Shown piece by piece: positions 22,800-36,830 of a stretch of DNA of 64,000 bases (positions are counted from its first letter, which is position 1; the number at the start of each line of letters is the position of its first letter). The DNA is from Octopus sinensis (taxonomy: Eukaryota). The position numbers and the translations under genes are program-made. The notes beneath the pieces were generated by a model. It saw only the letters and a program-made list of their open reading frames with translations. It ran no database searches and had not been told where the DNA came from. The DNA lies in NCBI RefSeq assembly GCF_006345805.1, contig NC_043019.1, positions 992,001 through 1,056,000 of the forward strand, written 5' to 3'.

Positions 22800-23652
22800 C
22801 TGTGAAATTAGTAAACGTCATTTGACAGACTGTTATAACATTATCAGAAATAGCATGGAGACATATCAACGAGGTGGCCTTTATATGCTCGATCACCATA
22901 ATTGAAATAGTGACTAAACATCTTTCAAATGAAATCACACCGATTTAAAAAGAAATCAAAAACGAAGACTGCATTGGTTATTATATTTCTCAACATATGC
23001 AATAAACGAGAAGACGCTTTTGATCATTGAACTGCTTGTTTGAAGCTTGACATGTTGCCAATTAGGTATATCTTCATACGGAGCGAATAACTGTATATTT
23101 ATGTAATCTCTCAGTTTGCAAGATATAGCAGCCAAACCCCCAACCCACTCTTAAATAAATAGATAAATAAATAAATAAAGGATACATTAGATAATCAAGA
23201 TTTAAATAGTCGTAAGAAAACAGTGTTCAATACTTTTGATCATATGTCGACTCAACGGGTGTTCAATGGAAGTTGAACAGCTACAAAAATCCCATTTATA
23301 TATCGATCAGATGGAAGAACACGTATATTACAAATCTATGCAACGAAGGTTACATAGAGATATGTAACAAAACATTTCTTACATTAGAAAGATGCTGTTA
23401 TGTCATGGAAAATAAGAATTTAGACTAGTAACGAGCAAAAAGTTCCAAATCAGGTCTAACTTATCACGGAAGAAACGGGAATAATCAACAAAGTAGGAAA
23501 ATACACTTTATTTTTCTTGCTTCACACAGAATGGAGAGAATAAGTTCCTGATAATATGACAAAAAAAAAAGAATTCAACTTATACGATCCAGTGCAGATC
23601 TTTTTTTATATTACCGAGAATACATTCGTTCTTTGTCTATATATTATACTGC

Positions 23653-24000
23653 GGCGCATGGCTCTGTGGTTGGAGAGCTGGGTTAACAATCATAAGACAA
23701 TGAGTTCGATTCCCAGACGGGGCTGTCTGTTCTCGAACAAGAGACTTTATTTCGTGTTGCTCCAGTTCACTCAGCGGTAGAAATGTTTTGGGACGTCACT
23801 GGTGCCAAGCTGTATCGGCCTTTGCCTTTCCTTTGAATAACACCAGTGGCGTGGACACAGGAATCTAGTGTGCATGGGCGACTATTGGTCTTCCATAAAA
23901 CAACTTCACCTGGACTTTTAACTCCGAGAGGAACTCTCTAAGTGCAATCCCATGGTCATTCATAGCTGAAGAAATTGGGTGTTTACCTTTTTTTTACCTT
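23653..24000 (+). mobile_element. S5 tRNA-derived CORE-like SINE, degenerate
   Basis: GGCGCATGGCTCTGTGG A box, GAGTTCGATTCC B box, ACTTTATTTCGTGTTGCTCCAGTTCACTCAGC body, TTTACCT tail. Confidence 0.7.
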
Positions 24001-24242
24001 TATTATACTGCGATATTTAAGCAATCGCATTTGTATATATTATATGTGACTGTAGATTATGAACAACTTCCATAATACCGCGAGATACACACATCTTGTT
24101 CACTATTCCATTATTGCATAAAGAAAATTTGCCAAATCTTTAAAAGTGGTATCACTAAATCTAAAATAGATGTGAAGGACATTGCAAAATTATTTACATA
24201 AATGTTTTGTCGTAACTTCCATGAATATACAGTACACACGCC

Positions 24243-24290
24243 TATATATTATATATATATTCATATTATATTATATAATATATATATATA

Positions 24291-24321
<31 letters not shown>

Positions 24322-25546
24322 TATGTGTGTGAGTTGTGTGTGTAGGTATGTATATATATATATATACGATATATATATGTGTATATATATGTGTGCATCA
24401 TATATGTATACTATATACATATATATATATGTGTATATATATATGTGTGCATCTATATATGTATATATATATATGTAATATATAATGTGGGTGTGTATCT
24501 ATATATGTATATATATATATATGTATATATATGTGGTGTATCTTATATATGTATATATTATATATGTACTAGATATATATGTGTGTATCTATTATATAAA
24601 TGTATAATATTATGTATATATATATGTGTGGTGTATCTATATATTATAGTATACTATATAGGTTATATATATGTGTGTTGTATTCTATATGTATATATAT
24701 ATATATGTATATATATATGTGTGTGTATTATATATGTATATATATATATATTGTATTATATATGTGTGTGTATCTCTATATGATTTATATATATATATAT
24801 GTATATATATATGGTTTGTGTATCTTAGATGTATATCTATATCTATGTATATATTATATGTGTGTGTATCTATATATGTATATATATATATATGTCTAAT
24901 TATATATGTGTGGTATCTATATATGTATATATATATATATGATATATATATATATATGTATATATATGTATATATATATATATGGTATATATATTTATTA
25001 TAGATATATAGTACATATATGTATATGTATTATATATCGTATATATATGTATATTTATATATATATGTACAGCTACGTATATATATAATGTAATATATAT
25101 GTATATATATATATATGTACATATATGTAATATATATGTATATATAGTATATATATATATTATATATGTATACGATATGTATATATATATATGTACATAT
25201 AGTGTACTATAATATATATATATATATATGTATATATATGTTATTATATTATATGTACCTATATGTATATATATATGTATATAATGTATCTATTATATAT
25301 ATAATGTACATATTATGTATCTTAATATATGTACATATATGTTATATATATATGTTTATATATATATGTATATATGTATATATATATATATGTAATATAT
25401 AAATTATATTATATATATTATTGTATATATATATATGTATATATATGTATTTACATATATGTCATATATGATATATATATATGTATATATGATAATATTA
25501 TATATATATAAATTATGTATATATTATATATATGTATATATATATG

Positions 25547-25577
<31 letters not shown>

Positions 25578-25874
25578 GTATCTATCTATGTATATATATA
25601 TCTAATATATATATAATATAATATTATATATATATATGTATATGTATATATTATATATTGTATATATATTGTATATATATATATATATATATCATATATG
25701 TATATAATGTATATATATATATATATATAGTATATTATATATATTATATGATATATCATATATATATTTATATTAATATATATATAATATTTATATCTAT
25801 ATATATATATATATATTATATATATAGATATATATATACATATTTATATATCTATTATATATATTATTTATTAT

Positions 25875-25908
<34 letters not shown>

Positions 25909-25934
25909 CTATATTATATATTATTATTTATATC

Positions 25935-25965
<31 letters not shown>

Positions 25966-26040
25966 GATAATATATTATATATTTATATCTATATTTATAT
26001 TATTATATATAATATATATATATCTATATATATTATATAT
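24243..26040. repeat. About 1.8-kb degenerate (TA)n/(TATG)n tract
   Basis: Almost no C; source of the I/Y/C/V ORFs at 24182-25876. Confidence 0.95.
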
Positions 26041-27419
26041 ATTGCGCAACAAAGAGATTCCTTGATAACATATATTTCGTAAATGTCGGGCGAATGGCGA
26101 ATTAGCCTCCCGGAAATTGAGTTACATTAGTCAGATAATTCTCTTCCATCAGCTTATCTTGATTTTTAAACTCCAAGATCATTTCATATAATTTGTTTAC
26201 GGCCAGTTTAGCTTTAAGCTATAAAATACTTTATCTGAAATCTTTCTAAGTAGATATTTTCATAAACATCAATTGCTGTTTAACGCAGAATATAATCAAG
26301 ATACATAGAAAATACGTTCGTTCTTTATTCTTTATTTCGTTTCAGCCATAACGGATAAGGCCATACTGGTGCAGCACCTTTAGCGAATGACAGTTATTAA
26401 GTTTAGTAAAAAGTTAAAATCCCACAATAAATACAGCAACTGAAGCTATAGAAATATCATGTGACTTGGATCCGTTTGTATTGTAAACCATATCTCTCGT
26501 TGTCTCCTCTATCTACCCTTTACATCTCTTTCACCGCTTTCTCTTTGTCTATCTATCGTTCTGTCTTTCAATGGCAAGAGTTGATGTGACTTCTCTTAGT
26601 ATTATAAACTACAAAAAGATATGCCTTTTCTTTCTTTAAACTCCCTACCTTATATTTTTCATTTGTTCAAGTTAGTAAAAAATAAAATGTGCTTTATTAC
26701 ATTTTTTCCTTTATTCGTCTTAGCATTCGCTTGAGAAATTTTAATATAGTTTCTCTTAAGAAAAAAGTAAATAAAGAATGCAGTTTGGTTTGAAACAAGC
26801 AGAGAAAACTATCAGTTCTTTAGAGTATTTCTTTTTTCCCATGCTTCATAAACGTCTGAGTTTTAATCTAAATAATTTATTTAGCGTTTAGCAACAAATC
26901 CTAAGCAACAACGATAAAGATATATTAGTTGGTGTTTAACCGAGAAATTTTACTACATACTCTCACATAGTTACTCGTCATACCAAATCGGTTAAATTAG
27001 AAGGAACAGGTTAAAACGTGAGCTTGTATATGTTTCTTCGACTTTTTAGAAATAGCTTTTAAATCAAGATTTTTATAATTATTTTGTATATTTTAGTTAG
27101 AAGTTGATGTCATTTCCCGCGAAGGCATAGGGTGCCTCAAAATAAGTGAGGGAGAGGGAAGAAGATATACTCAAACCGGAGATATGGCCTCGATGCTTTG
27201 CAACAGAAAAGACTCGGGTAAGGACAAAAGACTCAGGTAGACGATGTTAAATTAGATCTCGGAATAGAGCTGTCACGTGAGTATACAGACCTTGGAAATC
27301 AAAGGTGATTTTCACCTACCAGCTGGTACAGTGTCATTGGAGGGATCATTAGCCGGAAAACTTGGCCACCATAGTAAATACTTTACAAAATTATAACAGC
27401 TTTTATTGGGTCCTAAAAG

Positions 27420-27830
27420 TCAGCTGTGGCTGCTGTGTGGTAAGAAGCTTGCTTCCTAACCACATGGTTCCGGGTTCAGTCCCACTGCATGGTACCTTGA
27501 GCAAGTGTCTTCTACTATAGTCCCCGTCAGTTAAGCCTTTCTGAGTGGATTTGGTGGATGGAAACTGAAAGAAGTATATCGTCCACGCACGCGCACACAC
27601 ACACACATACACACACATACAAATAAACACACAAACTTATACACACATACATACACCCGCAAGCACATAGACACACACGCACAAACATATATCTCTCTTC
27701 ATCTATGTGAGTGTGATTTTACGATTTTGTGTGTCACCACTACCATTTGACAACTGGTGTTAGTATGTTTACATCCCCAATAATTAGCGATTCGGCGAAA
27801 AAAAAAGGAGATCAACAAAATTGATACTTG
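27420..27830 (+). mobile_element. S1 SINE, degenerate
   Basis: Head and core 27420-27575, (CA)n, decayed 3' module. Confidence 0.8.
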
Positions 27831-27984
27831 GCTTCAAAAATGACGAGAATAAACTCGTATTGAGGTTATCACTTGACCAATATATTTCCACGGACTATCA
27901 ATTATCAAATGCGAAAGAAGGAGAGGAATTTGAAACTGGAATTTGAAATTGCACTTCAAAACTCTAGGAGAAACATCACACTGC

Positions 27985-28225
27985 ATTGCATCTAAGAGTC
28001 TAATTATCTAAGAGTCCAGCCTTGGCGATGTAGTTTCCACAGGACTAATCTGGATACCTCCATTTCAGGCTGGCACGTTCAGTGACCGAGTTGTCCCCAG
28101 GTCTCTTTGATTGATTTTCACGTTAACTTTCGGCTTGTCCCCATAAATACATTCATTTGTCTTATGTTGCTGCCATTTCACATCTTGGGCCATTCGTAGC
28201 ATTCTTGTGTAGCAGACATTTAGCT
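27985..28225 (-). mobile_element. RTE-clade LINE ORF C-terminal remnant
   Basis: LNVCYTRMLRMAQDVKWQQHKTNECIYGDKPKVNVKINQR, then VSRLVLWK after disruption; typical RTE C-terminal YTRMLR..W..H.TNE.LYG.LP motif. Confidence 0.8.
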
Positions 28226-28277
28226 CATTTGTTTGTCCTTGTCTGTCCCCACTATGTTTAGCCCCTGTGGGTCATAT

Positions 28278-28685
28278 AGTGGCTATGTGGTAATTAGCTT
28301 GCTAACCAACCACTGGTTCCGGGTTCAGTCCCACTGCGTGGCAACTTGGGCAAGGTCTTCTGCTATAGCCCCGGGCCGCCGACCATGCTGTGAGGGGATT
28401 TGGTAGACGGAAACTGAAAGAAGAAGCCTGTCGTATATATGTATATATATGTGCTGTGTGTGTGAATTTGTGGTGTCTGTGTTTGTCCCCTAGCATTGCT
28501 TGACAAACGATGATGGTGTGTTTACCCGTCCCCGTCACTTAGCGGCGGTTTCGGCAAAAAAGAGACCGATAGAATAAGTCCTGGGCTTACAAAGATAAGT
28601 CCCGGGGTCGAGTTGCCGATTTTTAAAGGCGGTTCTCAGCCTGGCCGCCCAGTCAGTCAAATGAAACAAAGTAAATGAGTAAAAC
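28278..28685 (+). mobile_element. S1 SINE with many 1-bp indels
   Basis: All modules present; indel pattern may reflect read error. Confidence 0.85.
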
Positions 28686-28697
28686 AGTATATATATC

Positions 28698-29010
28698 ACC
28701 GTGATCACCGTGACCGACCAGGCTATCAGATGTTGCTACCACATCGCTGATCACAATGCGCCTCGCATTGTTTTAAGCCTTTATGACGCCACCCCGCTGG
28801 CTAAGCGAGCAGGCAACAGAAGAAACAGTGAGAGAAAGTTGGGCGAAAGAGTACAGCAGGGAGCGCCAGCGCCCACGCCTGCGGACCATGTGGTCTGTTC
28901 TTTAGGTGTTTTCACTCAATAAACACTCACAATGCCCGGTCTGGGAATCGAAACCGCGATCCTACAATCGCGAGTCCGCTACCCTAACCACTGGGAAATT
29001 GCGCCTCCAC
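28698..29010 (-). mobile_element. S3 SINE, tail type 2
   Basis: S3 head joined to a different tail (..GCATTGTGATCAGCGATGTGGTAGCAACATCTGATAGCCTGGTCGGTCACGGTGATCACGGTGATATA). Confidence 0.85.
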
Positions 29011-29011
29011 A

Positions 29012-29050
<39 letters not shown>

Positions 29051-29139
29051 ATATGTTTATATATATATATATATATGACTTTGTATATGTATGTTTTATA
29101 TACAGAGAGCGAAATAGAGTACACAAGAGGGAGAGACTA

Positions 29140-29186
<47 letters not shown>

Positions 29187-29559
29187 AACTTCACACAGAC
29201 TCATATGCACTCGCACACATACACACACATATACACACTGACTCACACACACACATATGTTTACGTGTTTGTGTGTGTATGGCTGTGTGTGTGTGTGTGT
29301 GTATATGTCCGTGTGTGTCTGAATGCGTACTGGAAGATAGCTGTAGAGTTTATTGAAACGACCGATTTCTTTGTTTTGAAGTCACACATAATTTTGAAGG
29401 CTTCAAGAAAGCAATTTCAGCACAACAATTTATTGGGTTCTCTTTCCGCTTTCATTTTGACATCTATAGTCGTCAATCTGAAACGCTTGTAGTACAACTC
29501 AAAACTACAACGACAACGACAGCAACAACAACAACAACTACAGCAAAAACAGCAATAAT

Positions 29560-29971
29560 GATTATTATTATTATTATCATATTATTTTATTATTATTATT
29601 ATTATCATTATTACTATTATTATTTTTATTATTATTATTATCATTATTATTATCATTATTATTATCATTATTGTATTATTTTTATTATCATTATTATTAT
29701 TATTATTACCATTATTATTATTATTTTTATTATTATATATTATTATTATCATTATTTTATTATTATTATTTTATCATCATATCATTATTTTATTATTATT
29801 ATTATCATTATCATTATTATTATTATTTTTATTATTATATTATTATTATATTTTTTATTATTATTATTATTATTACTATTATTATTATTATACTATTATT
29901 ATTATTATTATATATTACTATTATATTATATTATTATTATTATTAATTATTATTATTATTATTATTATTAT
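29560..29971. repeat. (TAT)n trinucleotide tract
   Basis: Explains poly-I/Y/L ORFs. Confidence 0.95.
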
Positions 29972-30062
29972 CAGTAATATTAGTTTTGTAACGGTGTCAA
30001 ATTTTGGCACAAATATATCACAACTAAATGAAAGCTTAGTAGTAATACTATTAGCAGTGGCT

Positions 30063-30224
30063 ATGGTGGTGGTGGTGGTGGTGGTGGAATGGCGAGGTCG
30101 TGGTAAGATGAGAGGTAAAAGTGATATGATGCTGATGGTGTGATGGTGATGATGATGATGATGGTCATGGTGATGGTGATGATGGTGATGATGATGATGA
30201 TGGTCATGGTGATGGTGATGATGG

Positions 30225-30269
<45 letters not shown>

Positions 30270-30285
30270 CGATGATGACGATGAT
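30063..30285. repeat. (GGT)n/(GAT)n tract
   Basis: Explains poly-H and poly-M ORFs. Confidence 0.9.
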
Positions 30286-30387
30286 TGAGAAGATGAGTTT
30301 TGGAAAGCCTGCGATCCAAATAAACTGTAAAAAGGTTATGGTTGAAATACATCACATCAGTACTAAGATTTTAAATGAACATCTCTG

Positions 30388-30570
30388 GTGGCTGCAGGGT
30401 TTAGAAGCTTGCTACCTAACAACATGGATCCGGGTTCAGTCCGACTGCATGGCGCCTTAAGGAAGTGTCTTCTACTATAGACTCGACCCGACTAAACCGT
30501 TGCGAGTGGATATGGTACACGGAAACTGAAACATCTCTGTCATGTATATATATTTATGTGCGTATGTGTG

Positions 30571-30632
<62 letters not shown>

Positions 30633-30850
30633 TAAATATATGTGTGTGGTGTGTGTGTGTGTGGTTTGCCTCCGTCCGCCATCGATTCACAAGAGATGCT
30701 GGTGTATTTACGTGCTCGTTACTTAGTGGTTCGGCAAAAGTGACCGATAGAAATATGTACTAGGCTGACAAAGAATACGTCCCGGCGCCGATTTCTTCAA
30801 GGCGGTGCTCCAGTATGACCGCAGTCAAATGACTAAATCAAGTAAAAGAA
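30388..30850 (+). mobile_element. S1 SINE, degenerate full length
   Basis: Head, internal (TA)n and tail CAGTCAAATGACT recognisable. Confidence 0.85.
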
Positions 30851-31115
30851 TATCCGAAATTGGATGAGTATTGATTGTAAAAGGATTTCATTGCGTGATC
30901 AAAGAGGTATGAGAATAGTTGCAGAGGTATGAGAATACAGGTCTTCGATGATCTAAGCGTCCAATCAAATACACTGAATTAACGAGTGACAAAAAGACCT
31001 AAACTTATTCAACAAATAAGGCCGGTGTGCTGTAAGGAGGTTCCTTTCCAACCATATTCTACCGAACCTTGGCCGAGTGGATTTGGTAGACGAAAACTGA
31101 AAGAAGGCTCTCATG

Positions 31116-31147
<32 letters not shown>

Positions 31148-31224
31148 TGTATATGTATGTATGTATGTATGTATGTATCTATGTATCTAGGTATGTATGT
31201 ATATATATATAAATATATATATAT

Positions 31225-31499
31225 AATAAATATTAGGGAATAAATCCAAACTTACAGGGAAAAATCAGAGTTCATTTAAACCTCGCCAAGATAAATATTT
31301 AAACCACCTGATGAATGACTGCGACTCAAAAATTTGAAGATGTTAGCAGGCATGAAACGATCGTAGTGTGATATTAATTATGTTTTTTTAATAATTTTGT
31401 TATATATTTAAATAATATAAATTAAATAATCTTATGTATTGGATTAAGTTTTTCATTGTTTGATTTGCCTAATAGTGGTTTTGTCTCTAATTTAATATA

Positions 31500-31500
<1 letters not shown>
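31225..31500 (+). mobile_element. Family alpha Penelope-like remnant in (TA)n with an inverted terminal piece
   Basis: 31225-31269 is the reverse complement of 4122-4166 (1 mismatch in 45); 31370-31497 is homologous to the region after the 3937 hammerhead. Confidence 0.75.
31305..31368 (+). ncRNA. Minimal type I hammerhead ribozyme
   Basis: CAC-CTGATGA-ATGACTGC(loop)GCAGGCAT-GAAA-CGATCG-TA-GTG. Full core, 7/8-bp helix II, palindromic helix III, GUA triplet. Confidence 0.82.
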
Positions 31501-31563
<63 letters not shown>

Positions 31564-32379
31564 CTCTGTTTGTGTGTGTGTGTGTGTGTGTATTTTCAAT
31601 GTGTACTAATAACAAGGTAAAATAAATAGTTACTATGGTAGCAAAAATCCACATAAGTGCCAAGGACATTACAGCTATACTTATAAAGGTAGAAATTTCA
31701 AGTTTAACTGAAATATTTTTGAATAACATAGATTAAGAAAGGGAGTTAAACGCAGGTGGTATTCAAATCATTTATCCTTCCAACATGTTTCGAAGAAAGC
31801 ATTGAGAATATTCAGGAGGAAATAAAGATGATGTAAAACAATGCAATCATCTCGTCGGGAAAAGAAAGGCAAACAAAACACATCAATAAACCATTTTAGC
31901 CGAAAGCCATTTCGGCTAAATTGGCTTATTGATGTGTTTTGTTTCTGGAGTCAATTTGTTCGACCAAAGGCAATGCTGCAACATGGCCGCAGTCAAATGA
32001 GTGAAAGAAGTAAAAGAATAAAAGTATAAAAAATAAAATGTTACAAGATGACGAATATGATTCCCATGTGGAACGACTACGAAGACGCGTGACCTGGATT
32101 GTGAAGAGTCGCAGAATATACAAAATTGCAAACGATACCGTTGAACTGATAGGGGTTTCAATGGAACGGTGAGAAGCGATGCGAAGAGCCAAAGACTCCC
32201 GACTGGAAAATATCAAAATCACCCGCCGTTTCCTAAGGTAATAACTTATCATCGTAACAGTTAGACATTTCTATGATTTCATACGGTTTCTAAATGTAGA
32301 AAGTAACAACTGAATAGAGGTTTTAAAATTACCTGGAGATAGTTAAACGATTTCGCCTCCGGGGTTTCCTATATTATAT

Positions 32380-33083
32380 AAGAAAACTGGGTGTGTAGCT
32401 TGGTGACAGAATGAAAATTTTTAACAGCAAGTGTGAAATCCTTGCAATGCCAAAAAAGGAAATGCCATGAAAGAACAAGATATATTTACAGATGATGGAT
32501 ATACGTATTTGTGAGTCTTGGGTGCTGAATGAATAAATAATCAAGAAAACACGAGAATAAAAAAGGGTATAATATTTCCTGAGAATATGGTCAAAAAAAA
32601 AAAAAAAAAGAAATTCCAAACTGAATGTTATCTATGTCATTAACTGGAAAGCAGTATTTAATATCAGGTAGATGACCAGAATAATGGAATTGACAGAAAT
32701 AGATCTTGAAGTAGTTAGAACAAAAAAACCTAGCTGTTGACAGTCTGCAGAGCCTAACCTAACGCCCACAGACAGAGGTTGGCAGATTGTGCTCGGTAGA
32801 AATAATGGAGTAAGAGGACTGGAAAATGGAGACGAATGTGGAAGTAGACAAAATGAGTTTAAGGAGAGAAGTACCTTTCAAAGAATGAAGACACGCTTTT
32901 GGTGGCCACAAGAGAAGAAAATGAGGAGTGGCTGTGTGGTAAGTAGCTTGTTTACCAACCACATGGTTCCGGGTTCAGTCCCACTGCATGGCACCTTGGG
33001 CAAGTGTTTTCTACTATAGCCTCGGGCCGACCAAAGCCTTGTGAGTGGATTTGGTAGACGGAAACTGAAAGAAGCCAGTCGTA

Positions 33084-33139
<56 letters not shown>

Positions 33140-34200
33140 ATATATATGCGTGTGTGTGTGTCTGTGTTTGTCCCCCTAGCATTGCTTGACAACCGATGCT
33201 GGTGTGTTTATGTCTCCGTTAATTAGCGGTTCGGCATAAGAGACCGATAGAATAAGTACTGGGCTTACAAAAGAATAAGTCCTGGGGTCGAGTTGCTCGA
33301 TTAAAGGCGGTGCTCCAGCATGGCCGCAGTCAAATGACTGAAACAAGTAAAAGAGTAAAAGAGTAGAGTAAAGAAGAATGGAAGAATGAGGAAAGTTTAA
33401 AGCTCTCAGAACTACAAATTTCTAACACCGGCAGCAAATTTACACGTAGGTTTTTTTTATTTTTAACTTCTATGGTACTAAAGTATATCAAGGTCAGATT
33501 TAGTTTCAGTTGCTGAAGAAGGTTATTTTGAAGAGATAGGTAGAGGGCATCATCCTAACATCACAGTATGAAGCTATCATATCACACGAAAATACGTTGG
33601 ATAAAATTTAGATGAGAAAGACCTCTCAGTTTATTTCAAACTGCGAGTTGAGAGGCTGGAGTTGTTCTAATATATAGTCATTGAATATAAAATGAGCTCA
33701 GAGAGCTTACTAGAATTTCAGACGAAATAAATATGCTATAAGAATTTTGTGGCGATTCTTTAGAGAATTTGGATACGAGTGGAAAAACGATACGAACATC
33801 GCCTAAAGCCCCGATCGTAGAAAATGCTTATATGAATTTTCTAATGGAATCTGAAAATTCAAATGGAACGACAAATAACTCATCCATACCAAGATATTGT
33901 AATACTCAATACATTGCAAGGCGTGTGATACTCAATGGTGTTGCATTCCCGTTTGATGTAAGAATAACAGAAAAGTACTTGAGAAGAAAGAAAAATATCA
34001 GGACTTAAGAGTCGAACTTTAAAGAATCTTGAGCTGCCGCAGAATTAACATTATCCTACTTGTTATAAAGTTCCTCGAAATATATGCTATATTTTTGAAT
34101 AATTGGTACAATATTTTAGATATCAAAATGAATTGTCTGTTTCTGCAGAAAGACTTGCCTGCTAGCACGGGAAGGAATAGCAGAAAAGTATTATAGACCT
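32380..34200 (+). mobile_element. R4/Dong-like non-LTR element, highly decayed, interrupted by an S1 SINE
   Basis: Fragments SKCEILAM, NGVRGLENGDEC (GGRGL-like), VAFPFDVRITEK..KEKYQDLRVEL (REL endonuclease), LQKTCLL..RKVL. Confidence 0.7.
32925..33372 (+). mobile_element. S1 SINE, full length
   Basis: All modules present. Confidence 0.95.
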
Positions 34201-34538
34201 AAATTTGAATAGGCAGATTGATATCTAATAAAGACAACAATTGATGCGTGGAGTAGAGCTTATAACTTAGAAAAAGACGAGGGAATTGGTGAAATATGTT
34301 ATTATATATATGTATGTGAGCGAAGTAAGAACAGCTAAAACAAAGAATGTACAGAGAAGAAACGCTAAAATAGTCGATCAATCACGCAATACATAGGAGA
34401 TTTTGATATGCGAAATAATAATGTGTTGATGAAAGTAAGTTATTTCCTCCATAACCACCTGCATTCTACTTCAGTGCAATATTTTCTATAGCTGTAGAAT
34501 CGAAATCATTCATTATGATCTGATGTGTTATATAGAGT

Positions 34539-34939
34539 ACTAGCAGTATCGCCCGTCGTTGGTCGGGTTTGTAAGGGAAATAACTATATAAGCATTTTTA
34601 GAGAGTTATAGCCAAAAGATAGCAAAAAAATGCATTAAAAATGGAAAAAAAAATATGGAAATTTTTTTTTTAAATCGTTGACTCATCGTAGACATTTTTA
34701 GAGAGTTACTTCCCTTATATAATAGCGAAAAAAATGCATTAAAATTGAAAAAAATGATGGTAAAATTTTTTTTAAATCGTAGACTCATCCTAGACGCGCG
34801 CTAATACCCAGAAGGGCTCGATATGAATCACGACTATAAGATACCCGGTTTTGGTTAAACTGCACCGCAAAATGTGGGAGTAGTTAGGAATCTAAATCGT
34901 AGGAGACAGACACACAACTTCACTTTTATATATAAAGAT
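34539..34939 (+). mobile_element. Helitron/Helentron-like non-autonomous element
   Basis: Starts ACTAGCAGTATCGCCCG..CGGGT (subterminal hairpin), has an internal direct repeat, ends TTTTATATATAAAGAT, T on both flanks, no TSD. Family assignment is inference. Confidence 0.65.
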
Positions 34940-35207
34940 TTTTTAGCGTTCACCTCTTCGGGACCGTTGAGATACGCCATTTCGTAAAATCTCTCTGAAT
35001 TTTTCCTTACTGTTCATTTTTTTCCTGCTGTTGAAAAGATTATTTCATTTTCTTCTCAATCTGTAGAGTAAACTTTCTATTTATGCTTCACAGAAATCTT
35101 ATGAGAGCCTTGTTTTTACCGAGAATATCTATGACTTTCATTTCCTTCAGATAATGTTTCTTTCTCCATTTTCAGCTTTCTCCATTTTCTCCATTAGATT
35201 CTTACAG

Positions 35208-35442
35208 CTTTGTATTTGTGCGGCAGAAACGTTAGCACGCCGGGCGAAATGCGTAGCCGTATTTCGTCTGCCGTTACGTTCTGAGTTCAAATTTCGCCGA
35301 GGTCGACTTTGCCTTTCATCCTTTCGGGGTCGATACATTAAGTACCAGTTACGCACTGGGGTCGATATAATCGACTTAATCCGTTTGTCCGTCCTTGTTT
35401 GTCCTCTCTGTGTTTAGCCCCTTGTGGGTAGTAAAGAAACAT
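35208..35442 (+). mobile_element. S2 SINE beginning with the 49-bp array spacer
   Basis: 5' end CTTTGTATTTGTGCGGCAGAAAC is identical to the array junction; canonical AAGGCGGCGAGC start absent. Confidence 0.9.
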
Positions 35443-35454
35443 ATGTAGTAATTT

Positions 35455-36098
<644 letters not shown>

Positions 36099-36830
36099 TA
36101 TTTCAGATTCTTTTAGTTTTTGTGAACTCGAAGAAATGCCTCTAGGTGTTTTGTTCGATTCGCTAAGAGTTCTGCCAACCCGGCGCCTTGCATTCAGAAT
36201 TATATTAGATTTAATTTTATCTATTAGTGTAATTACTTTTATGCATAAATCAATAAAAGTAAATCTATTATTATTGAATTACCAATTACCAAATTTGTCT
36301 GCACAATTAGAATTTCAATATATACTTCTCGCCAATCTTCACCAGATTAACTGAAATTTTTAAAAAATAAATTATGATGTGGCGGTTTTTACGAATTTAA
36401 ATTGCCTGGAACTGCTTAGTCTTGTCAAAATTTATACGATAAACAGTTTGTATTCAAATAATTATGGATTCGATTCTTTATAGTCTAAAGTATTCAATAT
36501 TGTTCTTATGCATTGTGCGTATTCCATCTGGTCCTAACATAAGTTATATTGGTACAGATTTCAGTTAACTAAATATGTAAGTCTTATATTTATACATTAC
36601 GTATAGAATATACGCAAGTCTTCTTTTCTAACAGAGCAAAAATACGATTCTGATATCGGCGCCTGTACAGAACAACTTTGGATAGTGTGTTATATTATTT
36701 TCTTGGGTTCACCGAGCATATATGGCATATGAGTAAAATTCAGCTGGGATAGCATCTTTCTTTTTGTCATATAATTGGAAAAGATGACCGTCGAAAAGCA
36801 AAAAGCTACGCTTGAGTTGCATTTCAAGGT

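Noticed and set aside
32040-32240. GC-rich plus-strand frame MLQDDEYDSHVERLRRR.. with a single TGA
   Set aside because: No recognisable domain; both strands give equally plausible short frames.
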